A stretch of 64,000 nucleotides of DNA from an uncultured delta proteobacterium (GTDB taxonomy: Bacteria; Myxococcota_A; Polyangia; Polyangiales; Polyangiaceae), in NCBI GenBank assembly GCA_963763745.1, contig CAVXQJ010000016.1:193029-257028 (forward strand), in the 5' to 3' direction. Below, piece by piece: positions 41,916-51,365 of this stretch. Within the stretch, counting starts at the first letter, position 1. The number at the start of each line of letters is the position of its first letter. A model generated the notes under the pieces. The model searched no databases and had not been told where the DNA came from. It saw only the letters and a program-made list of their open reading frames with translations. The position numbers and the translations under genes are program-made.

Positions 41916-42371
41916 ATGAAGGCGCGCGCTCGGATCGCTCTGCTCGGTGCAGCGCTCGCGATGTCGAGCTCGCCTCACGTCGCGCGCGCCGGCACGACCG
42001 CGACGATCGTGCTCGAGGTGTCCACGTTTCGCAACACGCGCGGCTTCCTCGGTTGTCAGCTCTACTCGAAGAGCGAGGGTTTTCCCGACAACTGGCAGTC
42101 CCAAGTCAACTTGCGCAAGCGCGTCGTCGTGTCCGGCACGACGACGTCATGCACGTATCCGGACATGCCGCCCGGCACGTACGCCGCCGCCGTGATTCAC
42201 GACGAGAACTCCAACGGCAAGCTCGACACCAATTTTCTCGGCATGCCGACCGAAGGCTACGGCATCTCGAACAATCACACGCACGCGCTGAGCCGCCCGA
42301 GTTGGAACGAATCGAAGTTCGTCGTGAACGCGGACACGACCGTCACGTCGCACATCTCGCTTCGTTATTGA
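41916..42371 (+). CDS. DUF2141-family secreted protein
   Basis: Signal peptide plus …FRNTRGFLGCQLYSKSEGFPDNW…HDENSNGKLDTNFLGMPTEGYGISNN…. Confidence 0.7.
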   Translation: MKARARIALLGAALAMSSSPHVARAGTTATIVLEVSTFRNTRGFLGCQLYSKSEGFPDNWQSQVNLRKRVVVSGTTTSCTYPDMPPGTYAAAVIHDENSNGKLDTNFLGMPTEGYGISNNHTHALSRPSWNESKFVVNADTTVTSHISLRY

Positions 42372-43459
42372 GGAAGCCGCGAGCGCGCGATCTCGACGGC
42401 TGCGTCGTAGGCCGACGTGCCTTTCGCTCGTCCCGCTTCGATGACGAGCTTCACGTTGCGTCCGACGCGATCGGCGACGAGCGCGAACGCTCCCGCGGCG
42501 TCTTCGCCTTGGACGCTGGCCATCGTCGCGAGCACGCCGCCCGCGTTCGTCACGAAGTCAGGAAGCGCGACGACTCCGCGCGCCGCGAGACGCGCGAGCG
42601 TTCCTTCGCCGTATGGAATGTTCGCCGCCGGAACGATGAGCTTCGCCTCGATGCGCTCGACGTTCTCGATGTGGATCACGTCGGGGCGCGCGCCGGGAAC
42701 GAGCACGTCGGCGCGAAGCGTGATGAGATCCTCGCGCGCGATGCGTTTGCCGCGCGTCGCGTGCGCGAGCGCGCCGTCGCCGTGCTCGGCGCGCAGCGCG
42801 AGGAGCTCGCCCGTATCGAGACCCTCCGGATCCCACAGCCCGCCGTCCACCGTCGAGATCGCGACGACGATCGCTCCCTCGCGCGCGAAAAATTTCGCGG
42901 CGCCCGCGCCCACTTTGCCGAATCCTTCGATCGCGACGGTCGCGCCGCGCAGCGGTCGCGAGAGCGCTTCGCACGCGGCCTTCGTCGCCGCGACCACGCC
43001 GGCGCCCGTGAGCTGCGCTTCGAGCGGCATCCCCTCGAACGACTCCGCGCCGAGGTTCGTCTCCATGCGATCGCCCCAGAGCGTCGCGAAGTCCGCGCCC
43101 GACGTGCCCATGTCCGCGCCGGGCATGAACGCGCCGGACTCGACGAGCGGTTTGATCGCTCGAACGAACGCGCTCATCACTTCTGCGCGCGATGGGTCCG
43201 CTGGGTCGAGCATGATGCCGGCTTTTGCGCCGCCGCATGGGAGCTCGAGCATCGCGTATTTGAACGTCATCGCGCGCGCGAGGCGCGCGACCTCGCCCAC
43301 GGAGACGTCGCGCGCCATGCGAACGCCGCCGCCGGAGATCATGAAGCGCGTCGTGTCGAGCACGACCACCGCGCGCATGCCGCTCCGCGGATCGTAGAAG
43401 CAGTGAACGCGCTCGGGTCCGAGGTCGTCGAACTTCACCCGCGAAAAATCGAAGGTCAT
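42365..43459 (-). CDS. Glu/Leu/Phe/Val dehydrogenase family (leucine dehydrogenase-like)
   Basis: …GGGVRMA…AMTFKYAMLELPCGGAKAGI… and an NAD-binding GFGKVGAGAA motif. Confidence 0.9.
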   Translation of the reverse strand: MTFDFSRVKFDDLGPERVHCFYDPRSGMRAVVVLDTTRFMISGGGVRMARDVSVGEVARLARAMTFKYAMLELPCGGAKAGIMLDPADPSRAEVMSAFVRAIKPLVESGAFMPGADMGTSGADFATLWGDRMETNLGAESFEGMPLEAQLTGAGVVAATKAACEALSRPLRGATVAIEGFGKVGAGAAKFFAREGAIVVAISTVDGGLWDPEGLDTGELLALRAEHGDGALAHATRGKRIAREDLITLRADVLVPGARPDVIHIENVERIEAKLIVPAANIPYGEGTLARLAARGVVALPDFVTNAGGVLATMASVQGEDAAGAFALVADRVGRNVKLVIEAGRAKGTSAYDAAVEIARSRLPQ

Positions 43460-43469
43460 GGCGTTCCTT

Positions 43470-44639
43470 TCACGGAAGCGCGTCGCCGTTCCACGCGATG
43501 TCGTAGAACTGCGCGGCGACGAGATCCGAATGCTGATGTCGCTTCACGTGCAGCCGATGTCGAAACGACAGCACGTGCGTGTACGAGAGAATTTGATACA
43601 GCCCCGGAAGCGGATCGCCTTTCTGCGTGTAGATGTCTTGACCGCCCGAGAGGATCGCTTCCACGTCAGCGGGGATTTCGCGCCAGTCGCGGAACATGTC
43701 GCGGACGAGCGCGATGGCGATCTGTTTGTGGACGCCTGCAGGCACGACGTGAGGCGCGCCATCGCCCGGATGAAGCACGGCGTCCACGAGCGGCTTCGCG
43801 TCCATCATGAACACGCCGGCCGTCGGTCGCGGATTGCACTCGACAAGGACGAGACCGTTCGGTGTGCGAATGTAGTCGAGCGATATCTGACCGGTGTAGC
43901 CGAGGTGCTCGGTGAAGCGCTCGGTGATCGCGAGCGACTCGGGCTCGAGGACGGACTCGAACGTGATCCCGCCTGCGTGCTCGATCGTCTTCGGGTGAAC
44001 GTACGCGACGTGCGCGACGACGCGACCATGGTGCGCCACGCTGAAGCTGCACACGTCTTCGCCATGAACGAAGCGCTGCACGATCCACGGACGCTCCGGC
44101 GTGGCGGCGCACGCTTCGATCGCGAGCTGTCCGGCGAGCGGCCCCACGTTGGTGAGGAGCTCGACGCCGCCGCGCGAGTACGCGGGGCGCGCGAGGTACT
44201 CGGAGAGCTCGGCGGTCGCGCGCGCGAGCTCTTCCGTGCTCGTGGCGATGCGCGTCTCCGGCACCGCGAGGCCGAGCGCGCGCGCGAGCGCGACGAACGT
44301 GCGCTTGTCGTGCAACCGCGCGAGCGTGTCGAACGACGGACAAAACACCTTCGCCGGCAAAAGCGAGCTCGCGTGCTTCGCGATGAGAAAAACTTCCTCG
44401 AAGCTCGGCACGATCCAGTCGATCCGCTGGTCGCGGACGATCGCACCGATGTCCGCGAGGAAACGCATGGGCTCGTACGCGGGCGACGACGTGATGAACG
44501 CTTCCCTCACGTACTTCGAGTGACTTCCCGGAGACGTGCGAAACGTGTCGGTCGCGTAGACGTCGTGCCCCTCGACTCCGAACTTGCGGATCTCGTCGAG
44601 CGCATGCGGCAGGCGCGAGCTGGTAATGAGTATCCTCAT
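43470..44639 (-). CDS. ATP-grasp domain protein (carboxylate-amine ligase)
   Basis: ATP-grasp fold signature (…IVQRFVHGEDVCSFSVAHHGRVVAHVAYV…SLDYIRTPNGLVLVECNPRPTAG…). Directly downstream of the dehydrogenase. Confidence 0.8.
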   Translation of the reverse strand: MRILITSSRLPHALDEIRKFGVEGHDVYATDTFRTSPGSHSKYVREAFITSSPAYEPMRFLADIGAIVRDQRIDWIVPSFEEVFLIAKHASSLLPAKVFCPSFDTLARLHDKRTFVALARALGLAVPETRIATSTEELARATAELSEYLARPAYSRGGVELLTNVGPLAGQLAIEACAATPERPWIVQRFVHGEDVCSFSVAHHGRVVAHVAYVHPKTIEHAGGITFESVLEPESLAITERFTEHLGYTGQISLDYIRTPNGLVLVECNPRPTAGVFMMDAKPLVDAVLHPGDGAPHVVPAGVHKQIAIALVRDMFRDWREIPADVEAILSGGQDIYTQKGDPLPGLYQILSYTHVLSFRHRLHVKRHQHSDLVAAQFYDIAWNGDALP

Positions 44640-44644
44640 GTCTC

Positions 44645-46185
44645 GTGGAGGAAGTTATGGCTGCGATGCGCGCGCGCAACGCGCGTGAGTTCGATGACCT
44701 CGTGATCGGCGCCGGAATGGGCGGCCTCACCGTCGGCGCGCTGCTCGCCGCGCAAGGCCGGCGCGTTCTCGTCGTGGAGGCGCACGATGTGCCGGGCGGC
44801 TACGCGCACACGTTCGAGGTCGGCAAGTACCGCTTCTGCGCGCAAGTGCATTACATCTTCGGCTGCGGCGAAGGCGAGCCCGTTCACGAGCTCCTCCGGC
44901 GCACCGGTCTCGACGAGCGCGTGCGCTTCCACCGGCTCGATCCCGAAGGCTTCGATCACGTCGTCGTCGCCGGCAATCGTTACCGCATACCGAACGGTCT
45001 CGAAAATTCCGCGACGGGCTCATTCGTGCATTCCCGCACGCGGGCGATCCGATCCGCGGATACTTCGACGTCGTGATGGCGATCGGCCGCGAGCTCGACA
45101 AGCTCCCCGAAATCGATCGGCTTGCGCGATCTCCTGACGGCTCCTTTTCGGTTTTCGCATTTGCTTCGTTACAAGAGTTGGACGCTCGGTCGCTTGTACG
45201 AGTCGCTCCGCATGCCGCCGCGTCTGCGAACGATCCTCGCGGGGCAGTCGGGCGATTACCTGCTCCCACCGAGCGAAGTGTCGCTCTTGCTCCACGTCGC
45301 GCTCGTGCGCGCCTACGATCGCGGCGCCTACTATCCCGAAAAGCACTACGTGCATTTCATCGACAGCATCGCGTCGTACTTGCGATCGCGCCCGGGATGC
45401 GAGCTCCTGCTCGAGACCGAGGTCGAGTCGATCCTCAGCGACGGCAAGCGCGTCACGGGCGTACGCACCAAGCGCGGGGAGACCTTCACGGCGCGCGCGC
45501 TACATCTCGAACGTCGACCCGCATCGCACCGCGAGCCTCCTCGGCGCGCGGCGCTGGGCAGCGGAAGCTCTCGTACGAATACTCCTCGGGCAACATCACG
45601 CTCTACTTGGGTATTCGCGACATCGACTTACGCGATTACGGCTTTGGCTCGTACAACGTTTGGCATTATCCGCACGACGACATCGACGCGATGTACCGGC
45701 GCCAGCGCGACGCGCGCGATTTCCGCGAGCCGTGGCTGTTCATGTCGACGCCCACGCTCCACACGACGCACCCGGGCTTGTGCCCAGAGGGGCACCAAAT
45801 CCTCGAGCTCGCGACGAGCGCGGACCACGCGTGGTTCAAGGCGCTCCGCGATCGCGACCGCCGAGCCTACAACGCCGAGAAAAAGCGGCTTCGCGAGCGA
45901 ATGATCGCCGTCGTCGAACGACACTACGTTCCCAAGCTGAGCAAGCACCTCGCGATGCAGGTGATGGGAACGCCCGCCACCAACGAGCGCTTCTGCAACG
46001 CGCCATTCGGCAACGCATATGGATCGGCGCTCACGCCCGAGAACGTGAGCCGTCGCGTTCCGAGCGCGACCCCGCTCCGCAACTTGTGGCTCGTCAATGC
46101 GACGGCGGGATTCCCGAGCATCGGCGGAACCGTGAAGGCGGGTATCGATCTCGTCGATGGCCCGCTGCGCGCACTCGGTGCATGA
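44645..46185 (+). pseudogene. NAD(P)/FAD-dependent oxidoreductase, phytoene-desaturase (CrtI) family, 3 frameshifts
   Basis: VIGAGMGGLTVGALLA Rossmann N-terminus in frame 2. Later segments alternate between frames 1, 2 and 1 (ORFs 44645..45076, 45073.., 45122..45904, tail to 46185). Total about 513 aa. Confidence 0.75.
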
Positions 46186-46222
46186 GAGCGGTGGTCTCGG
46201 TTTTGCAATTTGTTTGGGTGTC

Positions 46223-46633
46223 ATGAAACCGAGCGAGATTCGACGCGACCTTCTCGCGGAGCACGCACGGCTCCGCACCGCGATGCAGAATGCTCGCAAC
46301 GCGGGCGCGCGCGATCTTCACGATGCGCTCGTGGAGGTCGCGGATTTCCTTCGCGAGCACAACCTTCGCGAGGAGGAGCTCATGAGACAAGTCTTTCCAA
46401 CGCTCGACGCATGGGCTCCGATCCGCGCAGACGTGATGATGGAAGAGCACGTCGACGAGGAGCGCGAGATGGTCGACGTGCTGACGGACGCGAGCGCGAC
46501 GACGGACGTCGCGGTGGCCGCGGCAAAGCTCTTCGATCGCATCCTCGAGCACATGACGCGCGAGGAAGAAGTCTTTCTCGGCGAAGACGTGCTCTCGGAC
46601 GACGCGTTCGTGCCTGATTCGTTCGGCGGTTGA
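46223..46633 (+). CDS. Hemerythrin-like (HHE cation-binding) domain protein
   Basis: MKPSEIRRDLLAEHARLR…EHNLREEELM…EEHVDEEREM… is the His/Glu pattern of hemerythrin-like domains. Confidence 0.75.
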   Translation: MKPSEIRRDLLAEHARLRTAMQNARNAGARDLHDALVEVADFLREHNLREEELMRQVFPTLDAWAPIRADVMMEEHVDEEREMVDVLTDASATTDVAVAAAKLFDRILEHMTREEEVFLGEDVLSDDAFVPDSFGG

Positions 46634-46639
46634 CCGGCG

Positions 46640-47932
46640 CTACGGAAGCACGATGCGCCGAATGGCGCCGTCGCCGCGACCGAAGAGCAGCGCGCCGTTC
46701 GCGAGCGAGAAATCCGTGTAGGGGATTCCCTCGTTCGCGACGAGCGTGCTCGGCGTCGTCCCGCATCCGGCCGCGCGCGCGCAATAACGAATCGCGGGGG
46801 CGGAATCGAAATAGACGTTCGTGCCGTCCGATGCGACGTGACCCGACGAGGTCGCCAAAGCAAACACGGCGATGAACCCACCGCCACCCTTCGGTGCGAC
46901 GAGAACGCTGCGCGGTCCACCGACGAGGATGTCTTGCCCGGTGAAGTACACGTTGAATCCATCGACCGCGAGGCCACCGCAGTCGACGTATCTCGCGGAG
47001 ACGCCCGTCACGATCTCCTCTTGGCCTTGTGGCGAGAGCTTCGCGCGTCGCACGCCGCCGTTCTTATCCACGTTGTCGTTCGTGTACGTGCCCGAGTTCA
47101 ACCAATAGAGATATCCGCTCTCGACGAGGAGCGCGCCGGGTGCGGGTTGATTGACGGTGCTGACGAGCGCGCCGGTGTCGTCGAAGATGCCGCCACCGGT
47201 CTGCGCGTCGTACGGCGTCTCGACCGCGTAGAACCCGCGCGAGCTCGCGAAGTCCGCGGCGACCGGGTTGGCGTTGACGCTCAACGCACCGTGCACGACG
47301 TGAGACGAGCTGCACGCGGGCAGATCGCACGCGCGGAGCTCGCGACCTCCCGACCCGTCATCGCAGAGGAAGATCACTTGCGTTTGCGACACGGCGAGTC
47401 CGTGACAACCCTCTAGCGCAGGACGCGAATAGCTCGTTTGCAGATCGCTCCCATCGAGCGCCGCGCTGAACAAACCGCCGCCATTGTTGTTATCGCCATA
47501 TCGCGTCCAAAAGACGCGAGCGCTCGACGCGCCAACGGCGCTTACCGTCGTTTGACCCGTTGCAATGGTATAGGGCTGACATTGTCCTTGGGAGCACGTG
47601 CCCGATCCGCACGAGTGACCGCACGCGCCGCAGCTCGCGACATCGACTTGCGTGTCGGTGCACGCGCCGTTGCATGCGGTCGTCGAGCCCGGACAAGCGC
47701 AGACTTGTCCATTGCAAGTCGCGTTGCCGGTGCAAGCGCCCGCACAGCATGCTTCACCGGGCGCGCCGCACGACGGAGCCTCCGGCGCACTCGCGTCGGC
47801 TTGAACGGGCGCGTCCGTGCTCGCGTCGGCGCCGGTGCTCGGCGAGTCACCGACACACGCGATGAGTGAAGAAGCCGCAAAGGATGCAGCAAGGAGCAAA
47901 GAGCGAAAGTCCACCACGACCTCCATTCGCAT
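46640..47932 (-). CDS. Cys-rich / beta-propeller lipoprotein, hypothetical
   Basis: Signal peptide plus SLIACVG lipobox, a Cys-rich module (…CGACGHSCGSGTCSQGQC…), then Gly-rich propeller-like repeats. Confidence 0.7.
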   Translation of the reverse strand: MRMEVVVDFRSLLLAASFAASSLIACVGDSPSTGADASTDAPVQADASAPEAPSCGAPGEACCAGACTGNATCNGQVCACPGSTTACNGACTDTQVDVASCGACGHSCGSGTCSQGQCQPYTIATGQTTVSAVGASSARVFWTRYGDNNNGGGLFSAALDGSDLQTSYSRPALEGCHGLAVSQTQVIFLCDDGSGGRELRACDLPACSSSHVVHGALSVNANPVAADFASSRGFYAVETPYDAQTGGGIFDDTGALVSTVNQPAPGALLVESGYLYWLNSGTYTNDNVDKNGGVRRAKLSPQGQEEIVTGVSARYVDCGGLAVDGFNVYFTGQDILVGGPRSVLVAPKGGGGFIAVFALATSSGHVASDGTNVYFDSAPAIRYCARAAGCGTTPSTLVANEGIPYTDFSLANGALLFGRGDGAIRRIVLP

Positions 47933-48022
47933 AGATGCCTACGGCCGCATCGCCGTTTCGGTCTTCGTCGCTCACTGCATACAATGCGCGAATGGCGTGT
48001 AGGCTCGTGTCGGGTTCGTGCT

Positions 48023-48805
48023 CTAGTCCTCGAGACCCGAGAACGCGCGGAGCGCGCGTGCATCCGCGGTGCGCTCGCCGGCCGCGTCGCGCAACATCAT
48101 CGACGACACCGCGAGCGCGCTCGGCGTGCGCGCGAGCGTCCACACCGAGAAAAGCGGTGGCTCGTGCTCGCGCGGGATCACCTCGCATCGCGCGCGCACG
48201 AAGAGCTTCGCGCTCGAGGCCGCGGTCTCGACGCGCGCGTTCGCGAGCGCCGCGCCGCACATCACGACGATTCCGTCACCCGCCAAGACGCGGCTCGCCG
48301 TCTCGACGTAGGCCTCGACGCCGCCGCGGTACTCGATGCGCGCGTAAGCGCGCTGCTCGTCCATCGCGTCGGACGCCGCGCCCGGCGGAAAGTACGGCGG
48401 TGTTCCCGTCACGAGATCGAAATCGCGCCCGAGCTTCTCGATCGCGTCTCGCTCGCGCAGATCCCCGTGATGAATCGCGACGCGTTGCGCGACGCCCGCG
48501 CGTGCGACGTTGCGCCGAAGCAGCTCGAACGACATCTCCTGCGCCTCGATCCCGACGAAGTTCGCGTCGGTCATCTTCCACGCGAGGTGAAGCAGCACCG
48601 ACCCGAGCCCGCACCCGAGATCGAGGACGCGCTTCGCGGAGGGCCGCGCGTGCCACGCAATGAACGCCGTTGCGAGATCGTCCGACGAAAACCGATGCCC
48701 CTTGGCGCGCTGATACACGCGAAAATCGCGGGTGAGCGCGTCGTCGGTGAGCGGGCCGAGGATCGGATCGGAGAGCGGATTCACGCTGTGCGTTCCATAA
48801 CGCAT
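48023..48805 (-). CDS. SAM-dependent methyltransferase (N6-adenine/TrmN6-like, TPPYF motif)
   Basis: DLGCGLGSVLL (motif I) and TGTPPYF (motif IV). Confidence 0.85.
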   Translation of the reverse strand: MRYGTHSVNPLSDPILGPLTDDALTRDFRVYQRAKGHRFSSDDLATAFIAWHARPSAKRVLDLGCGLGSVLLHLAWKMTDANFVGIEAQEMSFELLRRNVARAGVAQRVAIHHGDLRERDAIEKLGRDFDLVTGTPPYFPPGAASDAMDEQRAYARIEYRGGVEAYVETASRVLAGDGIVVMCGAALANARVETAASSAKLFVRARCEVIPREHEPPLFSVWTLARTPSALAVSSMMLRDAAGERTADARALRAFSGLED

Positions 48806-48849
48806 AAAGCAGCATTCACTTCAACGGATCGAGTCTTGATAGGTCGTGG
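48806..48849 (-). promoter_or_regulatory. Conserved leader motif, copy 1, immediately upstream of the methyltransferase start codon
   Basis: taaagcagcattcacttcaacggatcgagtcttgat… is about 87% identical to 52385-52430. Both are in the same orientation relative to the downstream gene. Confidence 0.4.
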
Positions 48850-49025
48850 CTATCGACCGGCGGCAGCGAGACTGCGCGGCCGGGCCGCAGCTGGACCTTC
48901 GCCAGTTGATCACGGCGGCCAAAGCCTGGCGTCGTCGAAGTCGGGTGAATGTCCAGCGCCGGCCTCGCCGGTTCTTCACGCTGCCGCATATCGGCGTCCA
49001 ACCCTGGACGAGACAATCAGTTTAG

Positions 49026-50594
49026 GTGATCTTCGGAGTACGTTGCGAAGACATGCGTCCGGGTGACGTAGCCGACATCATCCTCTCGTTCGTAGCGACG
49101 ATCGTGTTTCTCGCCATCGCGGCGCTCGCCGTCGCGCGCGGTCGACGCGATCCGCTCGGGTGGCAGCTCGCGCTCTTGTGCGGCGACTTGTTCGTCTACG
49201 ACATGTCCGAGGTCGCGCATTCGCACGCGCGCAGCCCGCTCATCGGCGGCGCGCAGAGCCAACCGGGTTGGGACTGGATCAACAACGCGTCGGCTTCGCT
49301 CGCGCCCGTGCTCTTCTATCACCTCGTCGTTGCGTTCGTCGGCCAGCGGAAGTCGCTGAAAACTCCGGTGCGCGTCGCGTACGTGTATTTCGGCGCGCTC
49401 GCCGCGATGTGCCTCTCGCCGGTGGTCGTGCGCTACGCGTCGCCTGCGTCGTACGCGCGAGCGAACGAGTTCTCGGGCGGCGCGGCGTGGGCGATCGCGA
49501 TGCTCGTCGGGCTCCTCGTCGTCGGCGTGCACGGCTCCATCATCCTCACGCGCCACTTCCGCGGGACGTATCCCGAGGAGCGCGCGCGCACGCGCCTCGT
49601 GATCGCGACGGTGTTCATCGCGGGCATCGCGAACGCGACCGATCTCGTGTACCTCGCGGGCGCGTCGTGGTCGCCGCACGTGGGCTCGTGGGGTCTCGTC
49701 GTCAGCGCGCTCGTTCTCGCTGCTGCGGCGCTGCGCCTTCGCATGTTCGAGAAGCTCTCCGTTCTCACCGCCGTCAACGCCGCGGTGATCGCGGTCACCG
49801 TCGTCATCATCGAGGTCGCGGTGTTTCGTTATGTCGGCGATCGCGCGGCGATCGCCATTGCATCGACCGTGGTGATCGCGCTCGCGGCGCTCCTCGCGGG
49901 GCGCTTCGTGATCACCGAGTATGCCAAGGAGCGCGAACGCATCTTGGCACACGCGACGCTCGGCCGGATGGCGGCGCACATGGCGCACGACATCAAGAAC
50001 CCGCTCGCGACGATTCGCGGCGCAGCGCAGTTCCTCTCCGCCGAGCGCTCCGCTGGCCGTTCGATCGACGCGCAAGACGAAGTGCTCGATCGCTTGGTGT
50101 CGCACTGCGATCGCATCACGCGCGTCGTCGATCAGTACCATCGCATCGGCCAATCGAAACCGCTGCTCGACAAGACCGACGTCAACGCGGCGACGCGTCA
50201 AGCGCTCCATGTCGTCGCCGAAGGCCACATCGACTCGAAGCTCGGCGAGCCGCTTCCGTCGTGCGACACCGATCGCGACTTGCTCGTCATCGCGCTCGAG
50301 AGCGTTCTTCGCAACGCGTGCGAGGCCGCGCCGGGACACGTCGTTCACGTGGAGACCGGCGCCTTCGAGGATCGCGAGCGCAAGTGGGTGTTCATCTCGA
50401 TCCGCGACGAGGGTCCCGGCATGACGCGCCGCACGCTCGACCGCGCCCTCGAAGGTTTCTTCACGACGAAGGCGCAGGGCTCGGGCCTCGGTCTCGCGTT
50501 CGTGAAACGCGTCGTCGAAGCCCATCGCGGCAGGCTCGACATCGCATCGCGCGAAGGCGCGGGTACGACCGTGCGCATCGAGCTCCGCGCGTGA
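49026..50594 (+). CDS. Sensor histidine kinase with a multi-TM N-terminal domain
   Basis: Six to seven TM helices, then H-box HDIKNPLATIRG and the HATPase G1/G2 boxes (GSGLGLAFV). Possible alternative ATG at 49053. Confidence 0.85.
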   Translation: MIFGVRCEDMRPGDVADIILSFVATIVFLAIAALAVARGRRDPLGWQLALLCGDLFVYDMSEVAHSHARSPLIGGAQSQPGWDWINNASASLAPVLFYHLVVAFVGQRKSLKTPVRVAYVYFGALAAMCLSPVVVRYASPASYARANEFSGGAAWAIAMLVGLLVVGVHGSIILTRHFRGTYPEERARTRLVIATVFIAGIANATDLVYLAGASWSPHVGSWGLVVSALVLAAAALRLRMFEKLSVLTAVNAAVIAVTVVIIEVAVFRYVGDRAAIAIASTVVIALAALLAGRFVITEYAKERERILAHATLGRMAAHMAHDIKNPLATIRGAAQFLSAERSAGRSIDAQDEVLDRLVSHCDRITRVVDQYHRIGQSKPLLDKTDVNAATRQALHVVAEGHIDSKLGEPLPSCDTDRDLLVIALESVLRNACEAAPGHVVHVETGAFEDRERKWVFISIRDEGPGMTRRTLDRALEGFFTTKAQGSGLGLAFVKRVVEAHRGRLDIASREGAGTTVRIELRA

Positions 50595-50606
50595 TCACAT
50601 GCTCGA

Positions 50607-51365
50607 TCACCAAACGAACGGAACGAGCACTCGTCGGCGCGCTGGGTAGTCGCCGAACGTCCGGCGATACCAAGCGTGGTGCGCGGCCGCGCGCGGAGCG
50701 AGGTTCGCGATCGTGTAGAACGCGAACGCCGCGCCGCCGGACGACCAGCTCGCGATCGCCCAGCCGATCCATTCGATGATCTCTCCGAGGTAGTTCGGGC
50801 AAGTCACCCAGTCATAGAGGCCGCCGCGCGGAATCTTGTATGCGGTTTCGCCGGGCGCGCGCAGCGCGAAGAGCCTTCGATCCGCGTCGATGTTGATCGT
50901 CATCCCGATCGCGAAGAGGAGCGCGCCGATCGCGAAGGGCGCGCCGAAAATCCACCCGCGCGGATAATCGCCGAGGTCGGAGATGAACGACGCGTTCATC
51001 ACCGAGTTCGTGACGTTGAATATCAACGCGAGCACGACGATGACGACGGGCATCCGCTTGCCTTTCGTCTTCATGCGAAGCGGATAGATGAGCGTTCGAT
51101 GCGCGTAGTGCGCCGCCCACATCGCGTAGAGCGCGAGCGGCGCGATCTCGCCGTGCTTTTTGCCCGAGAAGAACAAAACGGAGAACAAGACGAGCGACGG
51201 GCTCTCCATGATCATCCAGCCGAGCTTGTCGGGCACCGTCGGTCCCCACGAGGCGCGCACGTACCGCCCATAAGGCGCGACGACGAAGAGAAGCGCGACG
51301 AACGTGAAGACGCCCGCGGCGACGACGCCGAACGCGAGCGCGTCGTAGGTGCCGCGGCTGATCAA
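50607..51365 (-). CDS. 3-oxo-5-alpha-steroid 4-dehydrogenase / DUF1295-family membrane protein
   Basis: Real 255-aa tail of the artefactual ORF with the …IPRGGLYDWVTCPNYLGEIIEWIGWAI motif. The TTG start overlaps the gpsA stop (TTGA). Confidence 0.75.
   Translation of the reverse strand: MISRGTYDALAFGVVAAGVFTFVALLFVVAPYGRYVRASWGPTVPDKLGWMIMESPSLVLFSVLFFSGKKHGEIAPLALYAMWAAHYAHRTLIYPLRMKTKGKRMPVVIVVLALIFNVTNSVMNASFISDLGDYPRGWIFGAPFAIGALLFAIGMTINIDADRRLFALRAPGETAYKIPRGGLYDWVTCPNYLGEIIEWIGWAIASWSSGGAAFAFYTIANLAPRAAAHHAWYRRTFGDYPARRRVLVPFVW

Noticed and set aside
41828-43810. 660-aa plus-strand ORF
   Set aside because: Antisense of the dehydrogenase and the secreted-protein genes. Arg/His-rich junk.
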